Source: Immundisolibacterales bacterium
GTDB taxonomy: Bacteria; Pseudomonadota; Gammaproteobacteria; HK1
Assembly (NCBI GenBank): GCA_026712715.1
Contig: JAPOPW010000034.1
Span: 31,720-95,719 of the forward strand
Direction: 5' to 3'
Length of the DNA: 64,000 nucleotides
The stretch's first letter is position 1; each line of letters begins with the position of its first letter. Of the stretch, positions 26,644-35,974 are shown one piece after another. The translations under genes were made by a program, and so were the position numbers. The notes beneath the pieces are model-generated. The model ran no database searches, was not told the origin of the DNA, and was given only the letters and a program-made list of their open reading frames with translations.

Positions 26644-27525
26644 ATCCCCCCCGAGTCCCTCCTTCCGGTCCTGATTTCCGTTGCTTCGGCGGTCGCGTTC
26701 GGGGGCTCCGGCGTGGCGGCGAAGCGCGGTCTCGCCCACGTCGATCCGCTGGCGGGAGCCGTCGTCGCGGTGGGAACCTGCTTCGGCGTCTATCTCCTGC
26801 TCGCGCCGTGGTGGATGCGCGCCGAGGACTGGTTCACGGCCGGATTCTGGGTCTTCGTGGTGATCGGCATCATCCAGCCGTCCCTCTCCATGTACCTCGC
26901 GAACGAGGCGTACGCGCGGGCCGGCGCGACCGTGACATCGACCTTCGCGGCGACTGCGCCAATGTTCGCGGCGGCCCTCGCCATCGCATTCCTCGGTGAA
27001 CGGCTCACCCTCGCGATCGCGACCGGCACCCTCCTCAGCGTGTCCGGGATCGTGGCCCTCTCGTGGGCGCCGCGCGGAAGCCGCCGCCAGCGGCTGGTGG
27101 TCGCGGCGCTGGCGTTCGCGACCGCCACCGCCGTCATCCGGGGGCTCGGCCACGCAGCCGGAAAGGTCGGCATGGAGCTCCTGCCGAACGCGTCCATGGC
27201 CGCATTCTGCTCGTTCGCGGTCTCGCTCGCGATTCTGGCCGCGACCTATCGCCTGCGCCGGGGACGGTGGCCGCGGAAGCTGCCACCGGCCGGGGTCGGC
27301 TACTTCTGCATTACCGGGGTGTGCATCGCGGGCGGGATCGGTCTGCTCTTCGCCGCCCTCATGCTCGGCCGTGTGGTCATCGTCTCGCCGATCGTCGGGA
27401 CCTATCCGGTGTTCACGCTGCTCGTCTCGGCCGCGTTCGGCGACGAGCGCATCACCGCAAGGGTGCTCGCCGGCGTCGGCCTCGTCGTGGTGGGGGTCGC
27501 GTTCGTCAGCACGTCGGCCGGATGA
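26644..27525 (+). CDS. EamA/DMT family transporter, probable non-canonical (ATC) start
   Basis: Track ORF 26713..27525 starts at GTG inside the first TM helix. The frame is open from 26605 with no ATG/GTG/TTG. A perfect AGGAGG (26632-26637) sits 6 nt before ATC 26644. From there the product begins [30 protein letters not shown], a complete first helix. Confidence 0.65.
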   Translation: MPPESLLPVLISVASAVAFGGSGVAAKRGLAHVDPLAGAVVAVGTCFGVYLLLAPWWMRAEDWFTAGFWVFVVIGIIQPSLSMYLANEAYARAGATVTSTFAATAPMFAAALAIAFLGERLTLAIATGTLLSVSGIVALSWAPRGSRRQRLVVAALAFATATAVIRGLGHAAGKVGMELLPNASMAAFCSFAVSLAILAATYRLRRGRWPRKLPPAGVGYFCITGVCIAGGIGLLFAALMLGRVVIVSPIVGTYPVFTLLVSAAFGDERITARVLAGVGLVVVGVAFVSTSAG

Positions 27526-27603
27526 CGACCCGGCCGCGAATCCGGACCCGGAGGGACCATCGCGCCGCGCGGCCGAAGAGGCGGCGGCCGCCGCGCCGCT
27601 CGA

Positions 27604-27858
27604 TCACTCCCGATCCGGCTTGCCGCCCGCCGCGCCCGCAGCGAACCGCGTGAAGGTCCGCTGCATCGCATCCCACGCCTCCATGCCCGCCGGCATGAAC
27701 ATCTTCGCGAGCTTGTCCGGCTCCAGGGTATCGAGGTACTCCGAGGCGCGACGGTGCATCTGCTCCATGGCGGCGCGCTGGAAATCCGCGACATCCGGCC
27801 ATCCGAGGAACGCGCGCGCCTCTTCCGGCGAGCAGTCGATGTCGATCTTGATCTTCAT
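27604..27858 (-). CDS. Small conserved hypothetical protein downstream of phaC (resembles DUF6489 family, from memory)
   Basis: This is part of track ORF 27604..27942. I start it at ATG 27858, preceded by GGGAGG (MKIKIDIDCSPEEARAFLGWPDV...). It is 84 aa. Confidence 0.5.
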   Translation of the reverse strand: MKIKIDIDCSPEEARAFLGWPDVADFQRAAMEQMHRRASEYLDTLEPDKLAKMFMPAGMEAWDAMQRTFTRFAAGAAGGKPDRE

Positions 27859-27955
27859 GGACAGCCTCCCGAGCTGGCTCCGGTGGTGGCCGAATTGCGG
27901 AAAGACTCCCCGCCGCCGGGGCGGCGGCCGGGAGAGAAGCACGAGTCGGCGCGGC

Positions 27956-29797
27956 TCACGTGTCGCACCGCACGCGGACGTACGACCCGGGAGCCGGCTC
28001 GATCGGCGCGAGACCGCCGTCTCCCGGCACGCGCGCCGCCACCCGCCGGCCCGAGCGCCTCGACATCCACCGGTGCCAGTCGGGCCACCAGGATCCGGGA
28101 TGCTCCTCCGCCCCCTGCAGCCAATTGTCCAGCGAGCGGGGCCGCCGGCGCCCGGGGTTGATCCAGTGCTGGTACTTGCCCTTGTGCGGCGGATTGACCA
28201 CCCCCGCGATGTGTCCGGAACCGGCGAGGACGAAGCGCCGGGGGCCGGAGAAGAGATTCATCGCCTTGTAGACCGAAGCGGCCGGCGCGATGTGATCCTG
28301 GCGCGCCGCCTGGAGGTACACGGGGATGCGCACGTCGGCGAGATCGATCGGCTGGCCGAGCGCTTCGAACCCGCCCGGGGCGGCGAGACGGTTCTCCTGG
28401 TACATGCCCCGCAGGTAGTCGAACAGCAGGCGGGCCGGAAACCGGGTGGAGTCCGCGTTCCAGTACAGGAGGTCGAACGCACGGGGGGTCTTGCCGAGCA
28501 GGAAGCTCTCGATCGCGTAGTGCCACACGAGATCGCTCGAGCGCAACAGGTTGAAGGCGGCCGCCATGGAGGCACCGTCGAGGAAGCCCTGGCGCTCCAC
28601 CTCCCCTTCCACGAGCTTCAGGGTGGACGGATCGGTGAACACCCGCAGCTCGCCCCCCTCCGTGAAATCGACCTGCGTCGCGAGGAACGTGGCCGCACGA
28701 ATCCGGGTGTCGCCCCGGGCGCCGAGCCACGCGAGCGCCATCGAGAGCAGCGTGCCGCCGATGCAGTAGCCGATCGCGCCGACCTCCGATTCCCCGGTCG
28801 CCTGCTCGATGGCGGCTACCGCGGCGAGGATCCCGTCGCGGAGGTAGTCGTCGAAGCTCGAGTCGCGATGGCGCTCGTCGGGATTGACCCACGACACCAT
28901 GAACACGGTGTACCCCTGACCGACGCACCACGCGACGAACGAGTTCTCGGGGCGGAGATCCAGGATGTAGTACTTGTTGATCCAGGGCGGCACGATGAGG
29001 AGCGGCCGCTTGAAGACCGTCTCCGTCGCGGGTGCGTACTGGATGAGCTGCAACAGCTCGTTCTGGAAGATCACCTCGCCCGGGGTGACCGCGATGTCCG
29101 TTCCAATATCGAACGCGTCCGCGGGAACGTGCTCGACCGCAAGCGGACCCTTGCCCTTGGCGAGGATGGCGGCGAGGTTCTCGTACCCCTGACGGAGATT
29201 CTCCCCGCGGCGCTCCGACGTCTCGCGGATGACCGCCGGATTGGTGAGCGCGAAGTTGGTGGGGGCCATCGCGTCGACGATCTGCCGGCTGAAGAAGTCC
29301 ACCTTCTGCGCGGCATCGTCGTCGAGCCCGTCGATGCTCTCCACCATGCGCTTCGCCCATGCGGCGTTGAGCAGGTACGCCTGCTTGATGTAGTCGAATA
29401 CCGGGTTCTCGGTCCACTCGGCGTCGCGGAAGCGCTGGTCGCCGGGGGCGGGCTCGATGACCGGCTCGGCGGGCGGAGCCTGTTGGAGCAGCCGCGCCGT
29501 CGTTCCCATCCACAGCCGCTGGTAGTCCTCGAAGAGCTGCATCTGCGCCTCGACCATCCTGGTCGGCTCGAAGCGGACCTTGCCGGCCAGCTCGCCCATC
29601 GCCTCGACCGCCGCGCCGGCCGCGCTGCCGGCGCCCGCGGCCCATGCGCCGGCGAGGTCCGCCATCATCGCGTGGAGGCGGTCGGCGAACTCGCCCGCGA
29701 CCGTCTCCCCGGACCCGGCGGTCCGGGCGGACGCGTCAGCGCCGGCATCGGACCCGGCGGGCCGCTCCGGTCGACTCTCGTCGGATACGCTCGACAT
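27956..29797 (-). CDS. phaC: Class I poly(3-hydroxyalkanoate) synthase
   Basis: Track ORF 27956..29797. PPWINKYYILDL and the lipase-box-like GYCIGGT (active-site Cys) are present, and the length is ~600 aa. Confidence 0.9.
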   Translation of the reverse strand: MSSVSDESRPERPAGSDAGADASARTAGSGETVAGEFADRLHAMMADLAGAWAAGAGSAAGAAVEAMGELAGKVRFEPTRMVEAQMQLFEDYQRLWMGTTARLLQQAPPAEPVIEPAPGDQRFRDAEWTENPVFDYIKQAYLLNAAWAKRMVESIDGLDDDAAQKVDFFSRQIVDAMAPTNFALTNPAVIRETSERRGENLRQGYENLAAILAKGKGPLAVEHVPADAFDIGTDIAVTPGEVIFQNELLQLIQYAPATETVFKRPLLIVPPWINKYYILDLRPENSFVAWCVGQGYTVFMVSWVNPDERHRDSSFDDYLRDGILAAVAAIEQATGESEVGAIGYCIGGTLLSMALAWLGARGDTRIRAATFLATQVDFTEGGELRVFTDPSTLKLVEGEVERQGFLDGASMAAAFNLLRSSDLVWHYAIESFLLGKTPRAFDLLYWNADSTRFPARLLFDYLRGMYQENRLAAPGGFEALGQPIDLADVRIPVYLQAARQDHIAPAASVYKAMNLFSGPRRFVLAGSGHIAGVVNPPHKGKYQHWINPGRRRPRSLDNWLQGAEEHPGSWWPDWHRWMSRRSGRRVAARVPGDGGLAPIEPAPGSYVRVRCDT

Positions 29798-29899
29798 TCG
29801 TTCTCCCCCCGGGGACGAAATGACGGAGCCCGCAGGGTCGCGGCGGCCTCGGCCGGCCGGTCGGTCGGCCGGCGTGCAGACCCTTGCGCGCGCCGGGTC

Positions 29900-30421
29900 C
29901 TACGACGGCTTCGTGGCGCTCTCGGCCCGCCTCCCGAGCGGCTCCGCGCAACGGGTGGAGGTGTCGGTGACGATGCGAGCGATCTCTCCGGCCTGCGCAA
30001 GCCCCAGGTTCATCATACGGGTGGCCGAATCCATCTGCACTCCGACCCACTCGTTCATCGTCGTGGCCGCCAGCGAGCGGCTCACGCTCTCGACTCCGGC
30101 ATCCGCCGCGGCGCGCGTGTAGTCGATCGTCTTCTCCATGCAGGTCTCGATGCCGGTGACGGCCGCGTCGGTCGACGCGGACAGCGCCGCGACGTACTCA
30201 CCGCCGCCCCCGTCCATCTTCCCGCGCAGGGCCTGCGCCGCTTCGAGCTGGGCGGTGCCGGCCGCCGCCGCCCCGCGACAGGCGCGGACCGTGGCCTCCG
30301 CCGTCAGCCGCATCGTCCTTTCGAGCGCCTCACGACCAAGCGCGGCCGCGCTCTCCACCATCTCCGGGCCCGCGACCCCGAAAACCGACTGCTTCGCCCC
30401 GTTCTTCTCGCTCGCGTTCAT
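29900..30421 (-). CDS. phaP: Phasin family protein
   Basis: This is part of track ORF 29900..30481, started at ATG 30421, preceded by GAGGAGG. It is an Ala-rich helical protein of 173 aa lying between phaC and phaR. Confidence 0.7.
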   Translation of the reverse strand: MNASEKNGAKQSVFGVAGPEMVESAAALGREALERTMRLTAEATVRACRGAAAAGTAQLEAAQALRGKMDGGGGEYVAALSASTDAAVTGIETCMEKTIDYTRAAADAGVESVSRSLAATTMNEWVGVQMDSATRMMNLGLAQAGEIARIVTDTSTRCAEPLGRRAESATKPS

Positions 30422-30473
30422 CTCGAACCTCCTCGGCAGGTGCGCGCCGCGGTTGGTGCGGCGCAACGGAAAA

Positions 30474-30488
30474 TTTTGCAATGCAAAA
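30474..30488. promoter_or_regulatory. Palindrome TTTTGCA-A-TGCAAAA upstream of phaP (candidate PhaR operator)
   Basis: This is a perfect 7-bp inverted repeat in the AT-richer phaP-phaR divergent intergenic region, ~55 nt upstream of the phaP start. Confidence 0.4.
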
Positions 30489-30665
30489 TGATAGTGGCCG
30501 TATCGTTTCTGTCAACCCCCGAAGCTGGCGCGACACATCTCGGACCGGGAGGGTTGCGAGGAGAAGGAGGTCGGTTTCAACCAATTGATTTGAAGCCATT
30601 GAAAACGAATGGACGAACGACCGGAAGATGGTACGACTGCCGGCACCATCCGTCCGGTCGGATTT

Positions 30666-30676
30666 TTGCATTGCAA
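30666..30676. promoter_or_regulatory. Second TTGCA-T-TGCAA palindrome upstream of phaR (candidate autoregulatory operator)
   Basis: It has the same TGCA-N-TGCA core as 30474..30488 and lies ~60 nt upstream of my preferred phaR start. Confidence 0.35.
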
Positions 30677-30734
30677 CGAGGAATCGTATACAACTTTCTT
30701 CGACACGCTGCTCGCCCGCACCGGGAAGTCACCC

Positions 30735-31349
30735 GTGGACCCGAAGACCAACGCACCCACGATCATCCGCAAGTACGCCAACCGGAGGCTCTACAACACC
30801 GGCAACGGGCAGTTCGTGACCCTCGCCGACCTGCAGGCGATGATCCGCCGCGGGGAGGAATTCGTCGTCCGCGAGGCGAAGACTGACCGCGACATCACCG
30901 TTTCGGTCCTCGCCCAGATTGTCGCGGAGGAAGCGGCCAAGGGAAACAACCTGCTGTCGTCGGACTATCTCCGGCGCCTCCTGCTCTACTACCACGAAGG
31001 ACTGGGGGAACACCTCTCGGCGTACCTCGAGCGCAGCATGGACGTCTTCGCCGCGAATCAGCGAGACCTCCTCCGCCACCTGTCGAGCCCCTTCGATCCG
31101 GTCGGAGCACTCGCGACGTTCCGCGAGCTCGGTGAACGAAACGCCGAGTACTTCACGCGCCTGTTCACTCCGGGGGACCACGACGCCCCCGCGGACGGGG
31201 CCGGCCGGGCGGAGCGAGAGGCGGAGCGAAAGGCGGAGGATTCAAGGCCGAGCCCGGTCGCCGCCGGGCGCGACGACATCTTGGCCCTGCGGGCGCAGCT
31301 TCTCGCACTTCAGCGCCGCCTCGACGCCATCGAAAGGGAACGGGGATGA
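30735..31349 (+). CDS. phaR: Polyhydroxyalkanoate synthesis repressor PhaR
   Basis: Track ORF 30609..31349. IIRKYANRRLYNTGNGQFVTLADLQAMIRRGEEFVV is the hallmark PhaR N-terminus, which normally begins within ~15 aa of the start. I therefore prefer the in-frame GTG at 30735 (VDPKTNAPTIIRKY...). ATG 30609 would add 42 non-conserved residues and would cover the second palindrome. Confidence 0.85.
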   Translation: MDPKTNAPTIIRKYANRRLYNTGNGQFVTLADLQAMIRRGEEFVVREAKTDRDITVSVLAQIVAEEAAKGNNLLSSDYLRRLLLYYHEGLGEHLSAYLERSMDVFAANQRDLLRHLSSPFDPVGALATFRELGERNAEYFTRLFTPGDHDAPADGAGRAEREAERKAEDSRPSPVAAGRDDILALRAQLLALQRRLDAIERERG

Positions 31350-31380
31350 CGAGCTCGCCTCGGCGCGCTCCGGGTGGCGA

Positions 31381-32370
31381 TCAGGTGCCGGCGGCGGTCG
31401 GAGCCCGATAGACGAGGGGGGCGGCAACGCTCCAGTCCAACATCTCGTCATTGACCTCCAGGCTGATCCTCGACCAGGTGAGCCTCGCCGCCGTCGCGGT
31501 GCCTTCCACCAGCAGCTCGAAGCTTTCGAGATCGAGCTCCGCCGACGGTCTCGCCAGGAGCCGGGTGACGGCATGGGCCGCTTCGCAGGGCTCGAGCATT
31601 CGCGGCTGCCATCGTTCGAACACCCTGGGCTCCCCGGCGTACCGTTCGGTCATGCCGGTTCGCACGAACGGCAGCATGAGACAGCAGGCATCGACGAGGT
31701 GCGCGGAACGACCGAGGTTGGCCTGGAGCACCAGGGGCAGGGGCAGGACGGCCCAGTTCGCGATGACGTAGCCCGGCACCCCGACCCCCGGATCGATCGC
31801 CTGCCGGGAGGACACGTAGATCAGCGTCAACGGACGGTTGTGGTAGACCGCCTCTCCCGCCCAGAGGTGGGTCATCGCCACGAAGCCGTCGATCTTCGTG
31901 TCGAGCACCATCCGCGACTCCTCGAGGCGGTCGATGAAGCTCTGCCGGACCCGGGCTCGCCGCTCGGCCCGGCTCTCGCCCTCGCGCTCCGGGAGCGCCC
32001 GGCCGAACCGATACCCCTCTTCCGACAGTCCGGAATTGCAGATGATGAGGTCCGGCCCGCCCCCTTCCAGTTGATCGACGACGTAACCCCGCGAGGCCCA
32101 CAGGTCCTGCATGTTGGTGACGTCGGCCTGGAGCGCGAAGGCCCTGACGCCCTGCTCGCGCAGCTTGTCGACGAGATCGAAGCCGTCCCGATAGCTGCGA
32201 TGGAAGTGGACCCCCACCGCCGCGGCGCCGTTCAAGGCGGCGGCAAGCGCGAGCGCCTGCCCGATGCCCCCGTCGCGGCCCGACCCCGTGATGAGGACCC
32301 GCTTGCCGGCGAAAGCGCTGCGGTAGGACTCCGAAAATCGAAAGTGTTCAATCGGTGCAGTGAACGCCAT
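31381..32370 (-). CDS. SDR-like Rossmann-fold oxidoreductase (atypical: no YxxxK seen)
   Basis: This is the C-terminal 329 aa of track ORF 31381..32889. ATG 32370 is preceded by AAGGAGGAG. It has the dinucleotide-binding motif KRVLITGSGRDGGIGQA. The usual catalytic YxxxK position reads GYVIANW. Confidence 0.65.
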   Translation of the reverse strand: MAFTAPIEHFRFSESYRSAFAGKRVLITGSGRDGGIGQALALAAALNGAAAVGVHFHRSYRDGFDLVDKLREQGVRAFALQADVTNMQDLWASRGYVVDQLEGGGPDLIICNSGLSEEGYRFGRALPEREGESRAERRARVRQSFIDRLEESRMVLDTKIDGFVAMTHLWAGEAVYHNRPLTLIYVSSRQAIDPGVGVPGYVIANWAVLPLPLVLQANLGRSAHLVDACCLMLPFVRTGMTERYAGEPRVFERWQPRMLEPCEAAHAVTRLLARPSAELDLESFELLVEGTATAARLTWSRISLEVNDEMLDWSVAAPLVYRAPTAAGT

Positions 32371-32921
32371 GGCCCGACTCCTCCTTCTCAAAGCGCTCGA
32401 CGCGCCCGCCGGCTCCGGACCGAAGGCGCGGTCCAGGGCCCGTTTCCTGCCCGCCGCAACCGCGAGAAAATTTCCGCGCGCATTCCGTCGAAGCAGCAAC
32501 CTGCGCGCTTGGCCCGGCGCGCGGGTTCCTCGCCCGCGCCGCGGACACGGCGCCGCACCAACGAGCCGTCGCGTCCGTGCCGCACCATGATCGCATACGG
32601 GTACCGCAATGCACAGCAGCCGAAGACGGGAAATCGGGACACTTGGAGACCCGCGTCTGCGCCGACCGTGCCGGGCGACAGGAAGCGGAAAGGAAAGCGT
32701 GATTTCAATTCGGACTGCGCAGGGCACCCGCGGCGCCGGAACAGCATGTCCCATCCTCGGGCTCCGTGGCGACCGATGCGGCGGCCGCCGACTCAATCGT
32801 ACCGAGCCCGCCGCTGCCCGATGGACCGCGAAGCGCACTGCCGCGCTGCCGGTGCCTTCGGCCGGCCCCGCGGTTGCGGGTAGAATCACGGGCGCTCCCG
32901 AACCGTGCAGCCTCCCCGTCC

Positions 32922-33872
32922 GTGACTCTCTCCGTCGCCATCCAGATGGACCATGTGAACGGCGTCGACATCGACGCCGACAGCACTTTCGCCCTCGCCC
33001 TCGAGGCGCAGCGCCGCGGCCACACCCTCTACCACTACCTGCCCTCGGATCTCAGTTTCCGCGACCGGCGGCTCACCGCCCACGCCCAGCCGCTCGTGGT
33101 CCGGCGCGAACACGGCGGACATGCTTCCCTCGGCGCCTTCGAGACGGTCGATCTCGCCCGGTTCGACGTCGTCCTGATGCGGCAGGACCCGCCCTTCGAC
33201 CTTGCGTACATCACGGCCACCCACCTCCTCGAGCACATCCACCCCGCGACCCTCGTCGTCAACGATCCGGTGAGCGTGCGGAACGCACCCGAGAAGCTGT
33301 TCGCGACCCACTTCCCGGAGCTGATGCCGCCGACCCTCATCACCAACCGCGCGGACGACATCCACGCCTTCCGCCACGAGCACCGCGACATCATCGTCAA
33401 GCCCCTGCACGGCAACGGCGGCGCGGGGGTCTTCCACCTCCGGCCGGGCGACGAAAACCTGAACGCGCTGCTCGAGATGTGCGGCCAGCTCTGGCGCGAG
33501 CCGCTCATGATCCAGCGCTATCTTCCCGAGGTGCAGGAGGGCGACAAGCGCATCATCCTCGTCGACGGCGAGCCGGCCGGCGCGGTCGCCCGCATGCCGG
33601 CGGCGGGCGAGGCGCGGGCGAACTTCCACGCCGGAGGCACGCCCCGCAAGTCCGCCCTCACCCCGCGCGACCGCGAGATCTGCGAGGCGCTGGGGCCGGT
33701 GCTGCGGGAAAGGGGCCTCGTATTCGTCGGGATCGACGTGATCGGCGACTGGCTCACCGAGATCAACGTGACGTCGCCGACCGGCATCCAGGAGATCGAT
33801 CGCCTCGACGGGATCCGCATCGAGGCCGCCGTCTGGGATGCGATCGAGCGCCGCCGCGCCGCGGGCGGCTGA
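32922..33872 (+). CDS. gshB: Glutathione synthetase
   Basis: This lies in track ORF 32766..33872. I start it at GTG 32922 ([34 protein letters not shown]...), matching the family N-terminus. [24 protein letters not shown] and EINVTSPTG motifs are present. Confidence 0.9.
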   Translation: MTLSVAIQMDHVNGVDIDADSTFALALEAQRRGHTLYHYLPSDLSFRDRRLTAHAQPLVVRREHGGHASLGAFETVDLARFDVVLMRQDPPFDLAYITATHLLEHIHPATLVVNDPVSVRNAPEKLFATHFPELMPPTLITNRADDIHAFRHEHRDIIVKPLHGNGGAGVFHLRPGDENLNALLEMCGQLWREPLMIQRYLPEVQEGDKRIILVDGEPAGAVARMPAAGEARANFHAGGTPRKSALTPRDREICEALGPVLRERGLVFVGIDVIGDWLTEINVTSPTGIQEIDRLDGIRIEAAVWDAIERRRAAGG

Positions 33873-33961
33873 GCGCTCCGGCCCGGCCCGCGCTTTCGCA
33901 CGGCCTCCGGCGCCCGCCCCTTCACGCACCGTTCCACGTTCGTTCTTCACCCATCTTCCCC

Positions 33962-34588
33962 GTGCTGATCCTCGACGACATCCGCGCGGCCCTCGAACGC
34001 CCGCAGCCGGCGGACTCCGATCCGCCGTTCACCCCGGAGTGGCGCAACGCCTCCGTCGCGATGGCGCTCGCCGGGGACGGCGACGGGCTGGAGACCTGCT
34101 TCATCCTGCGCACCGAGCGCGACGGCGATCCGTGGTCGGGCCAGGTCGCGTTCCCCGGCGGACGGGCCGAGCCCGGGGACGCCGATGCCGCGGCGGTCGC
34201 GGAACGCGAGACGTTCGAGGAGATCGGGCTTCGCCTCGCGCGCGGGCAATGCGTCGGCGCCCTTCCCGTCCAGCCGCTCCATCGCATCGGTCCGCGCGGC
34301 TCCCTCTCCCCCTTCGTCTACCACCTGGGTGCGGGGTTCACGCGCGGCGGCGAGGCGGGCTGGCGGGCCACCCTCAGCCACGAAGTGAGCGAGGCGTTCT
34401 GGGTGCCGCTCCGCCATCTCTTCGATCCCGGCGCGGCGACCACCATCGAATGGGTGCGTCCCGGCCGGCCGGAAACCACGCACGCGGGAATCGAGTTCGA
34501 GGGGCACGTCATCTGGGGCCTCACCCTGCGGGTGCTCGGCACGTTCGCCGAGCTGGTCGGCAAGCGGCTTCCCGCCCTCGACCCCTGA
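33962..34588 (+). CDS. NUDIX hydrolase (CoA pyrophosphatase-like)
   Basis: This is the C-terminal part of track ORF 32609..34588, starting at GTG 33962. It has the Nudix box GQVAFPGGRAEPGDADAAAVAERETFEEIGL. Confidence 0.8.
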   Translation: MLILDDIRAALERPQPADSDPPFTPEWRNASVAMALAGDGDGLETCFILRTERDGDPWSGQVAFPGGRAEPGDADAAAVAERETFEEIGLRLARGQCVGALPVQPLHRIGPRGSLSPFVYHLGAGFTRGGEAGWRATLSHEVSEAFWVPLRHLFDPGAATTIEWVRPGRPETTHAGIEFEGHVIWGLTLRVLGTFAELVGKRLPALDP

Positions 34589-34671
34589 CCGTCCCGCTCC
34601 GGGAGCCTCCGGCCTGCCGACTTCGAGGAGCCGGCCCGACCGTTCGACCCCGACCGGGGAGGAAATCCGAA

Positions 34672-35469
34672 ATGAGCGACGACATCCTCTACGAGAAGCA
34701 CGGCCACGTTAGGCTCATCACCATCAACCGGCCGGCGCGCATGAACTCCATGGACTTCGCGGCGAACGACGCGCTCATCGAGCGCTGGAAGGAGTTCGAC
34801 GCGGATGACGACGCCCGGTGCGCGGTGATCACCGGCGCCGGGGACCGTTCGTTCTGCGCCGGGGCGGACCTCAAGACCTACACGATGGCCTACGCCACCA
34901 CCCCGGTCCCGGAATTCCGCCGGCGGTTCACGAACGGCCCGGGGTTCGGCGGGATCACCCGGAACCTCCCCGTCTTCAAGCCCATCGTCGCGGCGGTGAA
35001 CGGCTACGCGGTGTCCGGGGGACTCGAGCTCGCCCTCGCGGCCGACATCCGCTTCTGCTCGGAGCAAGCCCGGTTCGGGCTCCAGGACACGCGCTGGGGC
35101 TTTCACGCGTGCGACGGGGCGCTGGTGCGCCTGAAGGAGATCGTCGGGCTCGGCAGCGCGATGGAGATGATCCTCTCGGGCGATCTCGTCGACGCCGAGC
35201 ACGCATTCCGGATCGGCCTCGTGAACCGAATCGTCGACGCCGAGCGCCTCGTCGCCGAATCCCTCGACTACGCCGCCCGGCTCGCGAGCCGCGCCCCCCT
35301 GCCGCAGCGGATGGCCAAGGAGGTCATGCACCGCATCCACGGCATGAGCCTGGACGAGGCGCTTCGCCTCGAGTCCGACTCGTTCCGCGATCTCGGCGAC
35401 ACCCGCGACCTCGAAGAGGGGACGCGCGCGTTCCGGGAAGGCCGCGACGCCGTGTTCACCGGCCGGTAG
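34672..35469 (+). CDS. Enoyl-CoA hydratase/isomerase (crotonase) family protein
   Basis: This is the C-terminal part of track ORF 33838..35469. ATG 34672 is preceded by GGGGAGGAAA. VRLITINRPARMNSM, ITGAGDRSFCAGADLK and GYAVSGGLELALAAD are present. Confidence 0.9.
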   Translation: MSDDILYEKHGHVRLITINRPARMNSMDFAANDALIERWKEFDADDDARCAVITGAGDRSFCAGADLKTYTMAYATTPVPEFRRRFTNGPGFGGITRNLPVFKPIVAAVNGYAVSGGLELALAADIRFCSEQARFGLQDTRWGFHACDGALVRLKEIVGLGSAMEMILSGDLVDAEHAFRIGLVNRIVDAERLVAESLDYAARLASRAPLPQRMAKEVMHRIHGMSLDEALRLESDSFRDLGDTRDLEEGTRAFREGRDAVFTGR

Positions 35470-35517
35470 CGCGCGCCCGGGCCCGAGGAACGCCGGCGCG
35501 GCAAACGCGGCGCCGTC

Positions 35518-35718
35518 CGGGAGAACGTGCCGCCACAGCACCCGGGACGACGCCATGCCGATCGCCTGCGAGGCTTCGATGAACGGACGCGGCCGGATGG
35601 TGACGACCACCGAGCGCATGACCGCCGCCACCCGCGTGGTATAGGCGATGGCGACGGCGAGGATCACGTTCACCGTGACGCCCATCAGGAGCAGCCTGCG
35701 CACTACATGGCACAGCAT
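35518..35718 (-). pseudogene. Remnant of a peptide/nickel-type ABC transporter permease (internally deleted and 3' truncated)
   Basis: This is the first 67 aa of track ORF 34318..35718. MLCHVVRRLLLMGV resembles the DppB/OppB-type N-terminus (MLxYxxRRLL). It is fused directly to ...RPRPFIEASQAIGMASSRVLWRHVLP, the conserved late-loop region. The frame then runs antisense into the crotonase gene. Confidence 0.6.
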
Positions 35719-35803
35719 CCGTGATTACTCGAACCGGACGGCCTCGGCCCGCGACCCGTAGGACGGGAGCGGAGCCGGGGCCGGGGCTGACTTCCGGGGA
35801 CGG

Positions 35804-35974
35804 CTACTCGCCGAGCGACACCCTGTAGGTATTGACGGAGAAGAGGGAATTCTGCACCAGCCCCTGCACGTGGTTGCCATGGGCGAGGAACAGCCGATCG
35901 GCATAGAGGGGCAGCACCGGGACGTCCTCCATGGTCTCGGCGAGGATCTCGTGGCCCGAGTGCCGACGAGGAGC
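35804..35974 (-). pseudogene. C-terminal 56-aa remnant of an ABC transporter substrate-binding protein (family 5)
   Basis: My translation is APRRHSGHEILAETMEDVPVLPLYADRLFLAHGNHVQGLVQNSLFSVNTYRVSLGE*, a typical SBP_bac_5 C-terminus. It begins immediately after the stop codon of the DinB gene and has no start codon or N-terminal part. Confidence 0.6.

Noticed and set aside
32371-32921. A 550-bp gap between the SDR-like gene and gshB, as a possible hidden gene or riboswitch.
   Set aside because: The only ORFs there (for example 32388..32747 minus) have Arg/Cys-rich, non-protein-like sequence. I recognised no riboswitch or RNA motif. It probably holds only the two divergent promoters.
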